Positions 13,025-27,226 are shown, counted from the stretch's first letter. The stretch: 64,000 nucleotides of DNA from Octopus vulgaris (GCA_951406725.2 OX597823.1:58962001-59026000); one strand, 5' to 3'. Numbers and translations: made by a program. Notes: a model not told the origin generated them from the sequence alone.

Positions 13025-14003
13025 AAAGATCAACCTCGAGGTAGAGGTGTAAATTTTCCAACAGAAATCCCTACCAAGTCTAATTCTTGGTTCTGAACTG
13101 ATTCATACCATTCTCTCTACACAGCACACAGCGTTCTAAAATATATTTGTTTATTTACTATATTTCGTATTCATTTTTTTTTATCTTTCTATTTAGTTTT
13201 CTTTTTCTTTACTTTTAGGGCAAGACATCAGATTCTGACTTCTTTTCTATCAGACACATCTTTCATTTATTTAGCTATTTCTTTTCTCTTCTTTTTTTTC
13301 TCCCCCCTGTAAACATTCATCTTCCTTTTCTTCTCAATTTTATGGATGTTATTACCGCTGCTGTTACTACTGCTCCTGCTGCTGCTGCCGTTGCTGTTAT
13401 TGCTGCTTTTTACTTGCTGTTATTGGTGTTTACACATTCCAATAGTCACCCACCAAACCCTATATTATTCACATTCACAATGCGTTTGCCATTGCCGATT
13501 CCATTGTGGATACATTCTGCAAGAAATAAAATGCAGACTTGACTAAAAGCTATCAGACCACCTGGAGGTTTCTGCGTTCCTAAATACATATTATGCTTTT
13601 GTAGTACTTAGTGTCTTTCAGATTCAGACATTTTTTTTTTTTCCATTTTTTATGCATAAAACTGTTATCTAAGAATGATCGCCGCCATCATTTTTGCTAT
13701 TATACCATTTTTACCACTTTAACTATTTTAGCAGTTCTTCCATTTTGAAATACAATTAGCCAAAAAGAACGAAGACTTTTACTTTTATTTATTATATTCA
13801 TTTATTTTATTTTATTTTATTATTTTTTTTCTGACAGATATTTTGGGATTCATTCTTCAACAATCTGCTGGAATAATCAGAATGTTTAAAAATTAGGACA
13901 TTGTAATTGTGCAAAATGATTTGGAGATGCAGTTCAGAGTTATGGCGTTGTGGTGTGGCACAGTTTTTCTGAGGGTGGTAGTGTTTTGCTGGCGCTGGAG
14001 TGT

Positions 14004-14051
<48 letters not shown>

Positions 14052-14052
14052 G

Positions 14053-14231
14053 CGTGGCAGTATGGTAAGAAGCTTGCTTCCCAACCACATGGTTCCGGGT
14101 TCAGTCCCACTGCGTGACACCTTGGGCAAATGTCTTCTAGTATAGTCACGGGCCGACCAAAGCTTTGTGAGTGGATTTGTTAGACAGAAATATATATATA
14201 TATATGCATATACACACCGACATACACACAC

Positions 14232-14316
<85 letters not shown>

Positions 14317-14478
14317 CATATGTGTGTGTGTGTGTGTGCTTGTCCCACCCTTCGCTTGACAATCGATCTTGGTGTGTTTACATCCCTGTAACTTAGCGGT
14401 TCGGCAAAAGACCCCGATAGATAAGTCCTGCGCTGCAACAGCATCGTCGTAGTCAGGTGGCTGAAACGAATAAAAAGC
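14053..14478 (+). mobile_element. SINE family A with internal (TA)n(TG)n
   Basis: Head gcgtggcagtatggtaagaagcttgc...ggttccgggttcagtccc and 3' part cttagcggttcggcaaaag. Confidence 0.85.
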
Positions 14479-15007
14479 ATATATATATGTGTGTTAGTGT
14501 GTGATACTGAAACAAATAAAAGAATTTATTTGTTTCACTCATTTGACTGTGGCCAAGCTGGAGCACCGCCTTTAGTCGAACAAATCGACCCCAGGAGAAT
14601 GCGACCGGCTAATTTGTACATTATAAGTGCAATCTGTGAGCGGAACAGTAAAAATATGCAAGACTTTTCTCAAGTTCCAAATGTGAAGTTGTCTGTGTTA
14701 ACTACATCCCAAAGACGGAGCCGTGTAATTTTGTTGGAAACCGGCTCCCTCTCAGTGGAAGATTTAATATAATTAAAAAAGAGAGTCGCACACACTCACA
14801 CACACACACGCACACACGCACACACACACACAATCACACACACTCACACACACATACATATACACATATATGTATGTGTATACATCTATCTATATATATA
14901 TTTATATACATACATATATATATACATATATGTATACAAATATACATACATACATACATACATACATACATACATACATACATACATACATACATACATA
15001 CATACAT

Positions 15008-15078
<71 letters not shown>

Positions 15079-15749
15079 TGTACGTGTATGCATGTATGTG
15101 CAAGATCATGGCTTAGTGGTTAGGGTATGGCACCTGACCGATCGATATGTTGCCTTCTTGCGAAAGACCTTTAATCCCACCTCTGTATTTTTTTGTATGC
15201 ACGTTTGTGTATGTATTTGTCCCTATAGTAGAAAAGACATATAAAAATGTAATGGAAATTACAAAATATAAGACCAAGTCTGTCTAGTGTGCGTATTGGG
15301 ACACTGTACAAACAGACACAGTCATAAATTTATATATTTATGTGTTTTTGCGTATATTTCTTTATATACTGAGAGACAGTGGGGTAATGGAGAAAGACAT
15401 GTAGAAGGACATGAGAGGCACACTGACTGATTTGTAGGTAAACACATGATGCGAACATGGATTTTCTTTGCAGGCATATCATGAATTTGTTTAGATATAT
15501 AATATCGTGAGAACGCAGATCGACTTCTAGTGATTCATGCCACATTATGCATATCAAAAATGTAATTGTATATTTGTGTGTGTACATAAATGACAGTGAG
15601 ATCGTCTGCGTCTGTTTATACGCTTGTATGTGCGTGTGGAAAAAGTGATAGCTATTCAAGGGCGCAAATGATTCTTATCTGGCATCAAGTCTGTAATGAG
15701 TAACTGTAATGAGCACTTTATTCATTGTTTGTGCACACAAAACAAACAA

Positions 15750-15987
15750 GGCGTGGGGAGTGGGGATCAAAGCTCACAAGGCTGATTGCCAGTGTTCTTT
15801 GGCGTAAAATATTCCCCACTGGATGGAACACCAGTCTGTCACTCATTTTTGCCAGCCGAGTGAACTGTAGAATCGTGAACTGATGTGTTTTGCTCAAAGA
15901 CATAACACATTGACCGGGCCAGGAATTGAAACAACAATGTTACGGTCATGAGTGTTATACCCTAACCACGAAGCAACGCGCCTCCAC
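15750..15987 (-). mobile_element. Diverged tRNA-derived SINE (head related to families B/C)
   Basis: Minus strand ggaggcgcg...gtggttaggg...tttcaattcctggcccgg...ttgagcaaaacac. Confidence 0.6.
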
Positions 15988-16276
15988 GTCTGTTCTTACA
16001 CTTATAATGAATGAGAATATGTTGGTGAATCACGATGGTGGTGATGAGGATCATGATCGTGATCACACACACTACATATCCTACATATCCCTACAAACAT
16101 ATTATGTCGATGGGGCTAAAATCCTAGTTGTGTCCTCTTGAAGCACATTTGCTTATTTCACTATTCCAAATCCGTCTGTAGATGTTATGTTTGAATGAGA
16201 TATGCATAAGAGTTGAAAATAACGGAAACTATTTTTTAGGGAGAATATCAAAACAGGAGATTGGAAATTTTTTTAG

Positions 16277-16503
16277 TAGTCACCTTCACATGTGTTTCAT
16301 TTGCAAATAGATGTTGCAAAATTGCACATGTAGAAAAGATATAAGATATCTTTAAATGGAAATCCTTCAGACAGAGAATCAAATAATACATTATTAGTTG
16401 ATACTCTGTCTGAAGAATTTCTAATAGGAAATTTGTTATGTTTAACTTACATGTAGAATTTTGTAACTCCTTTTAGCAAATGAAACTCGTGTAATGGTGA
16501 TTA
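16277..16503. repeat. Fold-back palindrome / MITE-like element
   Basis: cttcagacagagaatcaaataat vs attagttgatactctgtctgaag; outer gtttcatttgc vs gcaaatgaaac and tcacc vs ggtga. Confidence 0.75.
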
Positions 16504-17857
16504 ATAATATTTACCCATATATTCACTTATATTCTGCTTCTCTTCTATACATGTTTTTTCTTCCTGCAGCTATGGACAAACGGATCGTTAATGCCATCAG
16601 TCTCATCGGTTTGGAATAACCTACGAAAAAATCCATGTGCTCAGCCCTCTTCTCTCCTACTGATCCAACAGAAAATATCAAGATGAAGGGATAGTACGCA
16701 AAAAGAGCCTATTGTATGTCTGAATGGATTAGGAAACGTTACTTGAATTGTTGAGGTGTTTATCGTAAAACCGGAAGTACATTGATTTGATGTCGCCATG
16801 ATGAACTACATTACACGATGCTGAATAAGTGGCAGAATTCTTTTTACTATTGACAACTCTATCACGTCTAAGCTCCAACTTCGCATGAGTTGCTATTGGG
16901 GTTTTTTCAAGACCTCCGCTCTTCACTTCATTCTCGGTTACTGAAATTGTTTAATAAAATTGCTAGTGTGAGATACTACGTATAAAGAAGGGCTAGGCTC
17001 ACCTACCATCTCCTCGTTATTAGTAACTCTAAAGCTGGATGCTTTGAATGGTCTTCTGAGTGCCTTTTTGGTGATGCTGTGTAGTTTACCAAGGATGTTA
17101 ATGTATCATTTTGATTGGAGAAATGCAAGTAGCTAATGATAAAACGAAGCTGATTGACGGGGCGAGCTCTTGACTCGAAACACTTAAGTGCACGAGTTAA
17201 TACAGGAGGTAAGTAAAGTTCCCTGTTGTAGGAATACTTTCAGCGATACGAGAGTTAAACATTGAGTGCTTGAAAACTATACGAACGTAAATGATATGTT
17301 GTTGCTGATTATTACCGTAAAAATATGTTGCAAGTCTATTGTATCCACAGCAGGAAAATTCTACTAGGAATTCGAAATATAAAAACTAAACCCAATGCAT
17401 CAGAAACAGAGAGGGAACAATATCGCAAACAACCATAAAATTATGCGTTTACACAGCTAACATGTATGTTAACTGGAAGTCCATTATATAAAATATATAT
17501 GTCTTGTATAAATAAACCAATCCTACTTGAACGGCACAACAAAATCATTCTTGATAAAAGAACAAGCAACCACCTTAAGATATATCGAATGAATATCAAC
17601 AAGTCTACTATACTGATAACAAATAATACTTTTTTCTGAAGTATTTTCTGAAACAAGTTACCACATTCTAACACTAAATCAGGTAAAACATGTTGTGTGG
17701 TACACTAACGTAGCAAAATTGATCTGTAGACACAGGAGCAACTTATTTCAGTTGCGTAACAAAAAGGCTCTAGGATAACCATATGAGCCTCTACATATCT
17801 TTGGAGCTGAAAACGTTAAAATACTTTGGAAATTTAACAGACAGACCATCAAATAAT

Positions 17858-18245
17858 GGATGGAAGCACTCCGTCGGTTACGACGACGAGGGTTCCGGTT
17901 GATCCGAATCAACGGAACAGCCTGCTCGTGAAATTAACGTGTAAGTGGCTGAGCACTCCACAGACACGTGTACCCTTAACGTAGTTCTCGGGGATATTCA
18001 GCGTGACACAGAGAGTGACAAGGCCGGCCCTTTGAAATACAGGTACAACAGAAACAGGAAGTAAGAGTGAGAGAAAGTTGTGGTGAAAGAGTACAGCAGG
18101 GATCACCACCATCCCTGCCGGAGCCTCGTGGAGCTTTAGGTGTTTTCGCTCAATAAACACTCACAACGCCCGGTCTGGGAATCGAAACCGCGATCCTATG
18201 ACCGTGAGTCCGCTGCCCTGACCACTGGGCCATTGCGCCTCCACC
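17858..18245 (-). mobile_element. Young full-length SINE family B with 12-bp TSD
   Basis: Reverse complement of 7677-8064 with about 8 substitutions by eye; TSD ccatcaaataat at 17846-17857 and 18246-18257. Confidence 0.92.
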
Positions 18246-18330
18246 CCATCAAATAATATATATATGTGAAATCATCTGTAACAAAATTGACAATAATTCA
18301 TTTACTATTGGCATAGCGATATTAAACTAT

Positions 18331-18540
18331 AAGGCGGTGTGCTGGCAGAATTGTTAGCACGCTGGGCAAGATACTTAGCGGCATCTCATCCGCCTTTATG
18401 TTCTGAGTTCAAATTACGCCGATTTTGACATTCATTGTGTGGGGGTCGACAAAATAGGTACCAGTTAAGCACTGAGGTCGATGCAATCGACCTACCACTC
18501 CTTGGAAATTGTTGCGCTTGTGCCGGATTTTGAAACCAAA
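18331..18540 (+). mobile_element. SINE family D
   Basis: aaggcggtgtgctggcagaattgttagcacg...gttctgagttcaaatt...ggtcgatgcaatcgac. Confidence 0.8.
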
Positions 18541-18929
18541 ATAAATAACTATAATGTTTTGCAGAAGAAAATGGCAAAGCTAGTGAATTATGCCTACCAA
18601 GCAGTTGAATTATGGCAGTTAAGGAATATGCCTCTTATCCTATTTATAATTAGTAAAACTAAAGTGATACAAAACCGTTTTTGCAAGGAAACAGATATTA
18701 GCAATAGGCATGTTCGAGAAAATAGTATATTAGGATCCGTACAATCATTATAAGATAATTCTCATTATTGTATATCTTCGTTATCAGAGGACAATTATGC
18801 ATTCTATCTGACATCGATCTTTTCCTTGTTTTAAAAAGCGAAATTGAATGATGATAATGACGATTAATATTATTATTATTACTGAGTGAAAGAGCAGCGA
18901 ATGCGACAAAAGTGACACTGGAGTACAAA

Positions 18930-19256
18930 CATACGAAGCTTGGTATTATGGAAAGTGTCAGCTGTCCACAGCCTGTAGACTAAGGTGACATTTGTTTACT
19001 GTTCATGCTTCAAGAAACCCTGCGAATAATATTTGCAGTCCACAGCTCTTCCTTCGTTTAAGCCATCGCAAAAATCGACGATGAAGCATTGCAAGCGAAG
19101 ACATACTACATGGCGATACACCCTCTCCAGACGTCGCCGGTCGGCATTCTGATTCCTGAGGTTTGCATCAAGAGGCTTCTGGCGGTGGAATTCTGAAGTA
19201 CAGCGGGTTTGTCCCACAATGAACATTTCTGGTTACTTTTGTGTACCCCCCCATGT
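18930..19256 (-). mobile_element. Probable mariner 5' end remnant
   Basis: The minus strand starts tacatggggggtacacaaaagtaaccagaa next to (TA)n, resembling mariner TIRs; GC-richer body; no clear transposase motif. Confidence 0.35.
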
Positions 19257-19488
19257 ATATATATATATATATATGGATAAAAATAAAATAAAATAACGAT
19301 TTTATCAAGTGGTCAGCATGGAAAAAATAACCTTCAAAGGTAATAATTATAAATTAGGGTATCTACGAGATACCACCATGCTGAAAATAGCACCTATGAT
19401 CTGACTCTAAAACCACCTTAATTGTCCACATATCAACACGGAGAGAAAGCAAAGAGACAGCATGAAATTAGTAAAACATTACTGGATA

Positions 19489-19547
19489 ATTCTAGATCAC
19501 GGATTTCTGACTTTGCATTTAGTAATGCTTTGCCTCGTTAGGAGAAT
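19489..19547 (-). ncRNA. Hammerhead ribozyme, mutated core (CUAACGA)
   Basis: attctc-CTAACGA-ggc aaa gcatt acta aatgc aaa gtc a-GAAA-tccgtg-ATC-tagaat. Confidence 0.6.
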
Positions 19548-19883
19548 ACACACAGAAGGGAAACATAAATACATATATATATATAAGCACAACATACGAA
19601 TAATTATTACCTTTGAAGGTTATTTTTTTCCATGCTGACCACTTGAAAGAATCGCTATTTTATTTTTAAATTAACGATCTTATTTATTTATATAAATTTT
19701 AATTTATTTCGTCACTGTATTTACTGCGGCGATATTTTGACCATATCTCACATGTAATTAAATGGCGGGCATTTTGAAAAGGCCATGATGAATACGTGCA
19801 TATATATGTATGTATACGGTCGTATATGTAAGTATTCGTATGTTGTGCTTATATATATGTATTTATGTTTCTCTTCTGTGTGT

Positions 19884-19942
19884 ATTCTACTGAGGAAGCG
19901 AAGCATTACTAAATGCAAAGTCAGAAATCCGGCATCTAGAAT
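19884..19942 (+). ncRNA. Type I hammerhead ribozyme (core intact; predicted cleavage after C19936)
   Basis: Perfect stem I ATTCTA/TAGAAT; CTGAGGA; stem II with GCATT-acta-AATGC; GAAA; 2-bp stem III with ccggc loop; AUC triplet. Confidence 0.75.
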
Positions 19943-20089
19943 TATCCAGTAATTTTTTACTAGTTTTATCTTGACTCTTTGTTTTCTCTCCGTGTTGATA
20001 TGTGGACAATTAAGGTGGTTTTAGAGTTAGATCATGGCTGCTATTTTCAGCATGGTGGTATCTTGTAGATACCCTAATTTATAATTTTA

Positions 20090-20124
<35 letters not shown>

Positions 20125-20167
20125 TATTAAAATTATAAATTAGGATATCTACAAGATACCACCATGC

Positions 20168-20206
<39 letters not shown>

Positions 20207-20732
20207 TTGTTATACATATATTTGTGTGTGTATATATGTTTATATTGATATTTATACAGATACATTATATATATATATATATTCAAACAAGTATACATAC
20301 ATGCATGCATACATGCACTCATGAATACATACATACATACATACTTTTAGACTTCTTACAACCATCTATGTTAATTATTCAGATGTTGTCATATTCTTCA
20401 GCTTACTTTCTGTTAAGCTTCTAATTATGTATACACAGGTGAATGAGTTTCATTTTAATTATTGAATGTTCGTATATTTTGTTTTGCTGTTTTTCGTACT
20501 TTTTCTTTCGATATTTTCTCGCTAAAATGTCCGACAGATGGGCATCATATATTATCTTTACTAATGAATAATTTAATAAATAATTTTCACTCACATATGT
20601 TTTCACATAACTTTACTGATAAACAAACTGGTAAGAACTATATGTTTTATACAAACATATAAGTTAGAATGTTTTGGTTCATTTCTACATACACACACAC
20701 ACACACACACACATACGCGCGCGCACACACAC

Positions 20733-20997
20733 ATGATTTAGTGGTTAGTGGACAGTGGTTTCAATCCTAGATTGGATGGTGCGTTGCATTCTTGAGCTAA
20801 AGCACTTCATTTCACGTTGCTTCTGCGATCACCTTGACACCTGACGCGTGGTACACTGTGTACCTGGTCAGTTAACGTTAATTTGATGGAGGGAATGGGC
20901 TAATATGCGGCTCATACATTTGATCAATATAAACTAATCATTTGTGCAGGTTGTTCGGGACCTGAACACTCTTACGTCGTCTCCGACGATAGAGTCT
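20733..20997 (+). mobile_element. SINE family C; second copy ~29350-29640 (-)
   Basis: tRNA-like head, then ctgcgatcac...cacctgacg...gtacctg...tttgatggagggaatg...atcatttgtgc, shared in reverse complement with 29395-29540. Confidence 0.75.
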
Positions 20998-21017
20998 ACC
21001 ATATATTATTATTATTA

Positions 21018-21122
<105 letters not shown>

Positions 21123-21317
21123 CGGGATATATACAGTGGCAGTACAGAACCGTAACATATATTTTTCCAACTAAGTGTGGCGTCCTATACAGGACAGTGC
21201 TACTGATGTTCATAGCTCCAGGAAGTCATCTCCTCCAGCTGGCTAACGACACACATTCTGTGTCCGATGAGTATTTGAGAGGAGAGGTCATCGCTGCCAT
21301 CTCTAGTCTTACGTAGT

Positions 21318-21364
21318 ACACACTGACTCGAGTTTCTGGGTTGTTACCCGTCCTCATCGTGTGT
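21318..21364 (-). ncRNA. Minimal type I hammerhead, first core C mutated
   Basis: acacacg-ATGAGGA-c gggt aaca accc a-GAAA-C tcga GTC-agtgtgt. Confidence 0.7.
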
Positions 21365-21689
21365 TAATCACTAGCTAGTGATGGAAGCACATTCCATTCG
21401 AAATTACTGTATATTTTTCTGGCAACTCACTGTCGCTAATCTCGTCGAAGAGAGAGAATCTTATATTGAATCTCTGAGTGAAATATAAACAGTAGCAACA
21501 ATGTCCTGTATAGGTCACCACGCTTAATTGGCAAATATATATTACGGTTCCGTACTGCTACAGTTTAGATATCGCTCAGAGATTTGATATAACATTCTCT
21601 CTCTTCTACGGGATCAGCAACAGTAAGTCGCGAGAAAAATATATAGTAATTTGCAAGTGGAATGAGGTTCCATCAGTAGCTGGTGATTA

Positions 21690-21736
21690 ACACTCGCTGA
21701 AGACGGGTAACTACCCAGAAATTCGAGTCCATGTGT
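21690..21736 (+). ncRNA. Minimal type I hammerhead ribozyme (core intact; predicted cleavage after C21729)
   Basis: acactcg-CTGAAGA-c gggt aact accc a-GAAA-t tcga GTC-catgtgt; palindromic TCGA loop III. Confidence 0.78.
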
Positions 21737-23052
21737 ATCATGTAAGGCTAGAGATGGGAGCGATGACCTACCCTCGCAAATACTAATCGGATACATAATG
21801 TGTGTCGTAAGCCAGCTGCTGGAGATGTCTTCCTATAAACACCAGTAGCACTGTCCTCTATGGGACGCTACGCTTAGTTGGTAAATATATGTTACGGTAT
21901 ATGTGTGTGTGTGTGTGTGTTTATATATGTATTTACACACACACATATATATATACGTCATATCTATTTCATATATATATTATACATAAATACATCCATC
22001 TGCATACATACACACACACACAAACGCACACACACTCACACACACATATAGCAATATGACAAACTTCTTTCAGTTTCCATCTTCCAAATCCCCCTCACAA
22101 GGTTTTGGTAAGCCCGAGGTTATAGTAGTAGAAGACACTTACCCAAGGTGCCGCGCAGTGGGTTTGAACTGGGAGCCATGCGATAGTGAATACATTTGTA
22201 AGTATGTATGTGCAGATTCGCAGTGCGAATATTCAACATACTTTGGAAAACAACTATCCTGGATAAAAATTGAACAACGAATCCAATGGCATTCTGTATT
22301 TGTGCATTACTGGTTAAATATTTTATCGAATACGCCGCACGTTGTTTTTATTCTGTTATTTCCAAATGTGGTAACGCCGTCATGAATGAACTGACAGATC
22401 TTCTTGTGGATTAATAATTCCTTGTAAAATATTAAACGGTTACTTACAAATGCAACACAGATATTATTATTTGCTATTTTAATCTCAGTGCATTGTCTGT
22501 GGTTACTTCTGTCTCTATCAAGCACCAAGTCTAATCTTTTATCAAATGCAATACAACTGTGCCCATTGTATCCTAATCTCTTTAAAGACTGCTGTGTGTG
22601 ATTTGCAGGGTATTTGACTGTTAATTTTAGCACACCGGCCAATTGAGTTGAGCCTTTCCCATTTGTTGCTGTAATATATATTTGTGAAAACATATTTGTC
22701 CATGTGTATGTATGTGTGCATATGTGTGTGAATGCATATAAATCATTTTTTACATAGATCTTTAAATTTATTCCGTGTAGAAAAAGTATTATATCTTAAA
22801 AAACAAGTACTCACACACATAAATACACACACGCACACACACATATACATACACACACACACATGCACACACACACACATACACACACGCACATGTATAT
22901 ATATATATATATAATTATAATTAGGGTTCAGCAAAATTTGCTTCACCACATACCGAAATTTAGAAATAGCAGTTGGAACTACTATTTCACTACCATAAGA
23001 AAATCTCCCAGACTACAATACTCAACAACTCACAAAGGTAAAGAGAAAAATA

Positions 23053-23339
23053 CATCGCTAGCAGGAGGAGCGAACCCCTACTACCCTCCAGCATCTGACG
23101 GGATCGTGAGACCCTGTCTCACGTCAGTCGCGCATATCTTCAGATTTTATAGCTATTTTGCTTGTTGCAAATCAATGACGGATGCTCATTTTGTTTATCG
23201 CAGGTAAAGCGGAGCTTAGTTACACTCCACTGCGCCGGAGCGCGTGGCTGACGTGCGTCAAATAGATCGAAACTGGCCCATTCTGCGACCCTGTCAGCTA
23301 TTGGAGGGTAGTAGGGGTTCGCTCCCCCTGCTTGCAATG
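23053..23339. mobile_element. MITE with ~55-bp terminal inverted repeats and TA target duplication
   Basis: catcgctagcaggaggagcgaacccctactaccctcca... vs ...tggagggtagtaggggttcgctccccctgcttgcaatg; TA on both sides. Confidence 0.85.
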
Positions 23340-23391
23340 TATTGTACTTAAAGAGTGCAGAGCTTGCACCGAAAATCAGCTATATATATGT

Positions 23392-23769
23392 AGGCGCAGG
23401 AGTGGCTGTGTGGTAAGTAGCTTGCTTGCGAACCACATGGTTCCGAGTTTAGTCCCACTATATGGTACCTTGGGCAAGTGTCTTCTAATATAGCCTCGGA
23501 CCAACCAAAGCCTTGTGAGTGGATTTGGTCGACGGAAACCTAAAGAAGCCCATCCTATATATATGCGTATATATGTCTGTGTTAGTGTGATTTTCTCCCG
23601 CCATCGTTTAACAACCGATGCTGGTGTGTTTACGTTCCCCCGACTTAGCTGTTCGGCTAAGAGACAGATAGAATAAGTAGTAGGATTACAAAGAATAAGT
23701 CCTGGGGTCGATTTGTTCGACTAAAGGCGGTGCTCCGGCATGGTCGCAGTCAAGATGACTGAAACAAAA

Positions 23770-23770
<1 letters not shown>
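23392..23770 (+). mobile_element. Full-length SINE family A
   Basis: aggcgcaggagtggctgtgtggtaag head through gactgaaacaaaag tail. Confidence 0.9.
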
Positions 23771-23809
<39 letters not shown>

Positions 23810-23869
23810 TTTCTTACATACACACATACACATACATACACAGATATATATATATGTAAGTGTATGTGC

Positions 23870-23921
<52 letters not shown>

Positions 23922-24123
23922 GCAACACTCCATTATAAAACTTTAACATCATTTTATAAAATAACTTAGTTATTACTACTGTTTTCCTTATGAATCAACC
24001 TGCAGAATACAGGTTACATTATTTCTGGCGAGTCTAGGACATTCAACTCCCACTCCACCATGGACAATAGCCCTCCAACAATAATTACCCCAAAGGGCAA
24101 CAGATGATTTAAAACTTCTGAAA

Positions 24124-24274
24124 AGGCTGTGTGGTAAGAAGCTTGCGTACCAACAACATGGTTCCTTGGGCAATTGTCTTCTACTATAGCCTCGGGCCGA
24201 GTAAAGCATTGTGAGTGGATTTGGTAGACGGAAACTGAAAGAAGCCAGTCGTATATATATATATACACACACAC

Positions 24275-24360
<86 letters not shown>

Positions 24361-24585
24361 TTGTGTGTCTGTGTTTGTTCTCCCCACATCGCTTGACAAA
24401 CGATGCTGGCGTATTTACATCCCCGTAAATTAGCGGTTCGAGGAAAGAGACCGATAGAGTAAGTACTAGGCTTCCAAAGAATAAGTCCTAGGGTCGATTT
24501 GCTCGACTAAAGGTGGTGCTCTAGCATGGCCACAGTCAAATGACTGAAACAATTAAAAGAGTAAAGGAGTAAAAGAGTAAAGGAG
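24124..24585 (+). mobile_element. SINE family A with expanded internal (TA)n(TG)n and (AAAAGAGT)-type tail
   Basis: Same family sequence as 23392. Confidence 0.88.
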
Positions 24586-25557
24586 AGGGTAATTAACCAA
24601 GGATTGTGATTTTCCTAGTGAGTAGTTGTCGTCGTCGGGAGTTGTCCTATGGGGGTGGGTGTAATTCTCCTAGTGGGGTAATTGTCCTCATACGATTTCT
24701 GGTACTTGCTTTTCTTTCTTTGAAAACGGTGTACATTCAAAGACTGTTGCTTTAACATTTAGTAGTTTGTACATTTAGTGAGGTGAACTGATAACAAGTA
24801 AAATATAAATGTAGAAATGAGCAGTTTTCGAGAAAGAGTTGCTTATAAATATTCCCTGTTCATATATATATTTGAATAAATTGTTCGCAAATTAAGCTAT
24901 CTGGTGTATATGATTTCTCTTCTCTCTGATATCAAACGATGTTCCACCAGAATTTCTTTATGCGCAGAATATGAAGTGGTCTCAGTTTGCGCGTGTTCAT
25001 TCAACAAGAATTAAGTAAAAACTGAACATGACGGACGAGCAACAAAACTGAAGCTTTCTCGATGCTTTGTTGAATCTCAGAATTTCTCTCTCTTTATTTT
25101 TTATTTATTTATTTTTTTTGAGAGAGAATAAAGTAGTATTTTCGATATTTGCCGTAACAAATTCCCGATTACTTTGGCTGCAAGCAAGCAAATTCATTCT
25201 CCTTAAGTGTTTCTGTAAAATAAAGCATATCGCACATCTTACCTCGTAAAACTTAAAAAGGAAAATATAGGTGCTCGTTTTTTGACAAGAAACATTACAT
25301 TAATTTCAAGTAATCTAACTGAAAATGGATAAATATTTCTATTTTACGGTTGAGGAATTACATTTATGTTAATCAAGCAGTGTGTAAAACATAATTGAAC
25401 AATAGTACTGTTCTGAAGAATTTGGAATATATCTAGATATTCTAAACAGCTGCAATACGAATTAACACACCTGACCTGCTAAGTCTCTGTTAAAGTAGTA
25501 AAATAGAATCTATCTGTCATCTGTCTATTTGTCTGTCTGTCTCTCTATGTATATATA

Positions 25558-25640
<83 letters not shown>

Positions 25641-25663
25641 ATATATGTATACATGTATGTATG

Positions 25664-25710
<47 letters not shown>

Positions 25711-26028
25711 GTAAGTATGTATGTATGTACATATGTATATCACAGATAAGACCCAGAGATTCTCCGTATAGAAGGCACTTTGTAGTACTTAAGAGATTCA
25801 ATCTTAGACTCCTAGGTCTTTACAGGGGATCAATTCCACAAGAAAGGTTATAGGAGGGATAAGAGGGACCATGTTGAACTGGTATACAGGCAATTATGCG
25901 GATAAACAATTACATACATTAAATATATTAGATATGTTATATATAATAGTTTGGGTATTAAACACAAAATATGTATATTTGCAAATCGAAATAAAGCAAA
26001 TGGTGGAGATTTGCAAATGAATATTTAA

Positions 26029-27226
<1,198 letters not shown>

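Larger units (their letters stand above)
19279..20171. mobile_element. Hammerhead-bearing ~480-bp non-coding unit (family HH2) as a divergent inverted pair; retrozyme/Penelope pLTR-like
   Basis: 19343-19600 is the reverse complement of 19835-20086 and 19279-19345 of 19601-19670. The arms are circular permutations of one unit, with (TA)n at both ends and an extra short inversion at 20128-20171. Confidence 0.8.
21126..21898. mobile_element. Hammerhead-bearing ~350-bp non-coding unit (family HH1) as a divergent inverted pair, each arm slightly more than one monomer
   Basis: 21145-21490 is the reverse complement of 21560-21898. Landmarks recur at 350-356 bp spacing (gtcctgtatagg 21503 / gtcctctatggg 21853; acagtggcag 21133 / acagtagcaa 21489). 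Flanked by (ATT)n and (TG)n. Confidence 0.85.
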
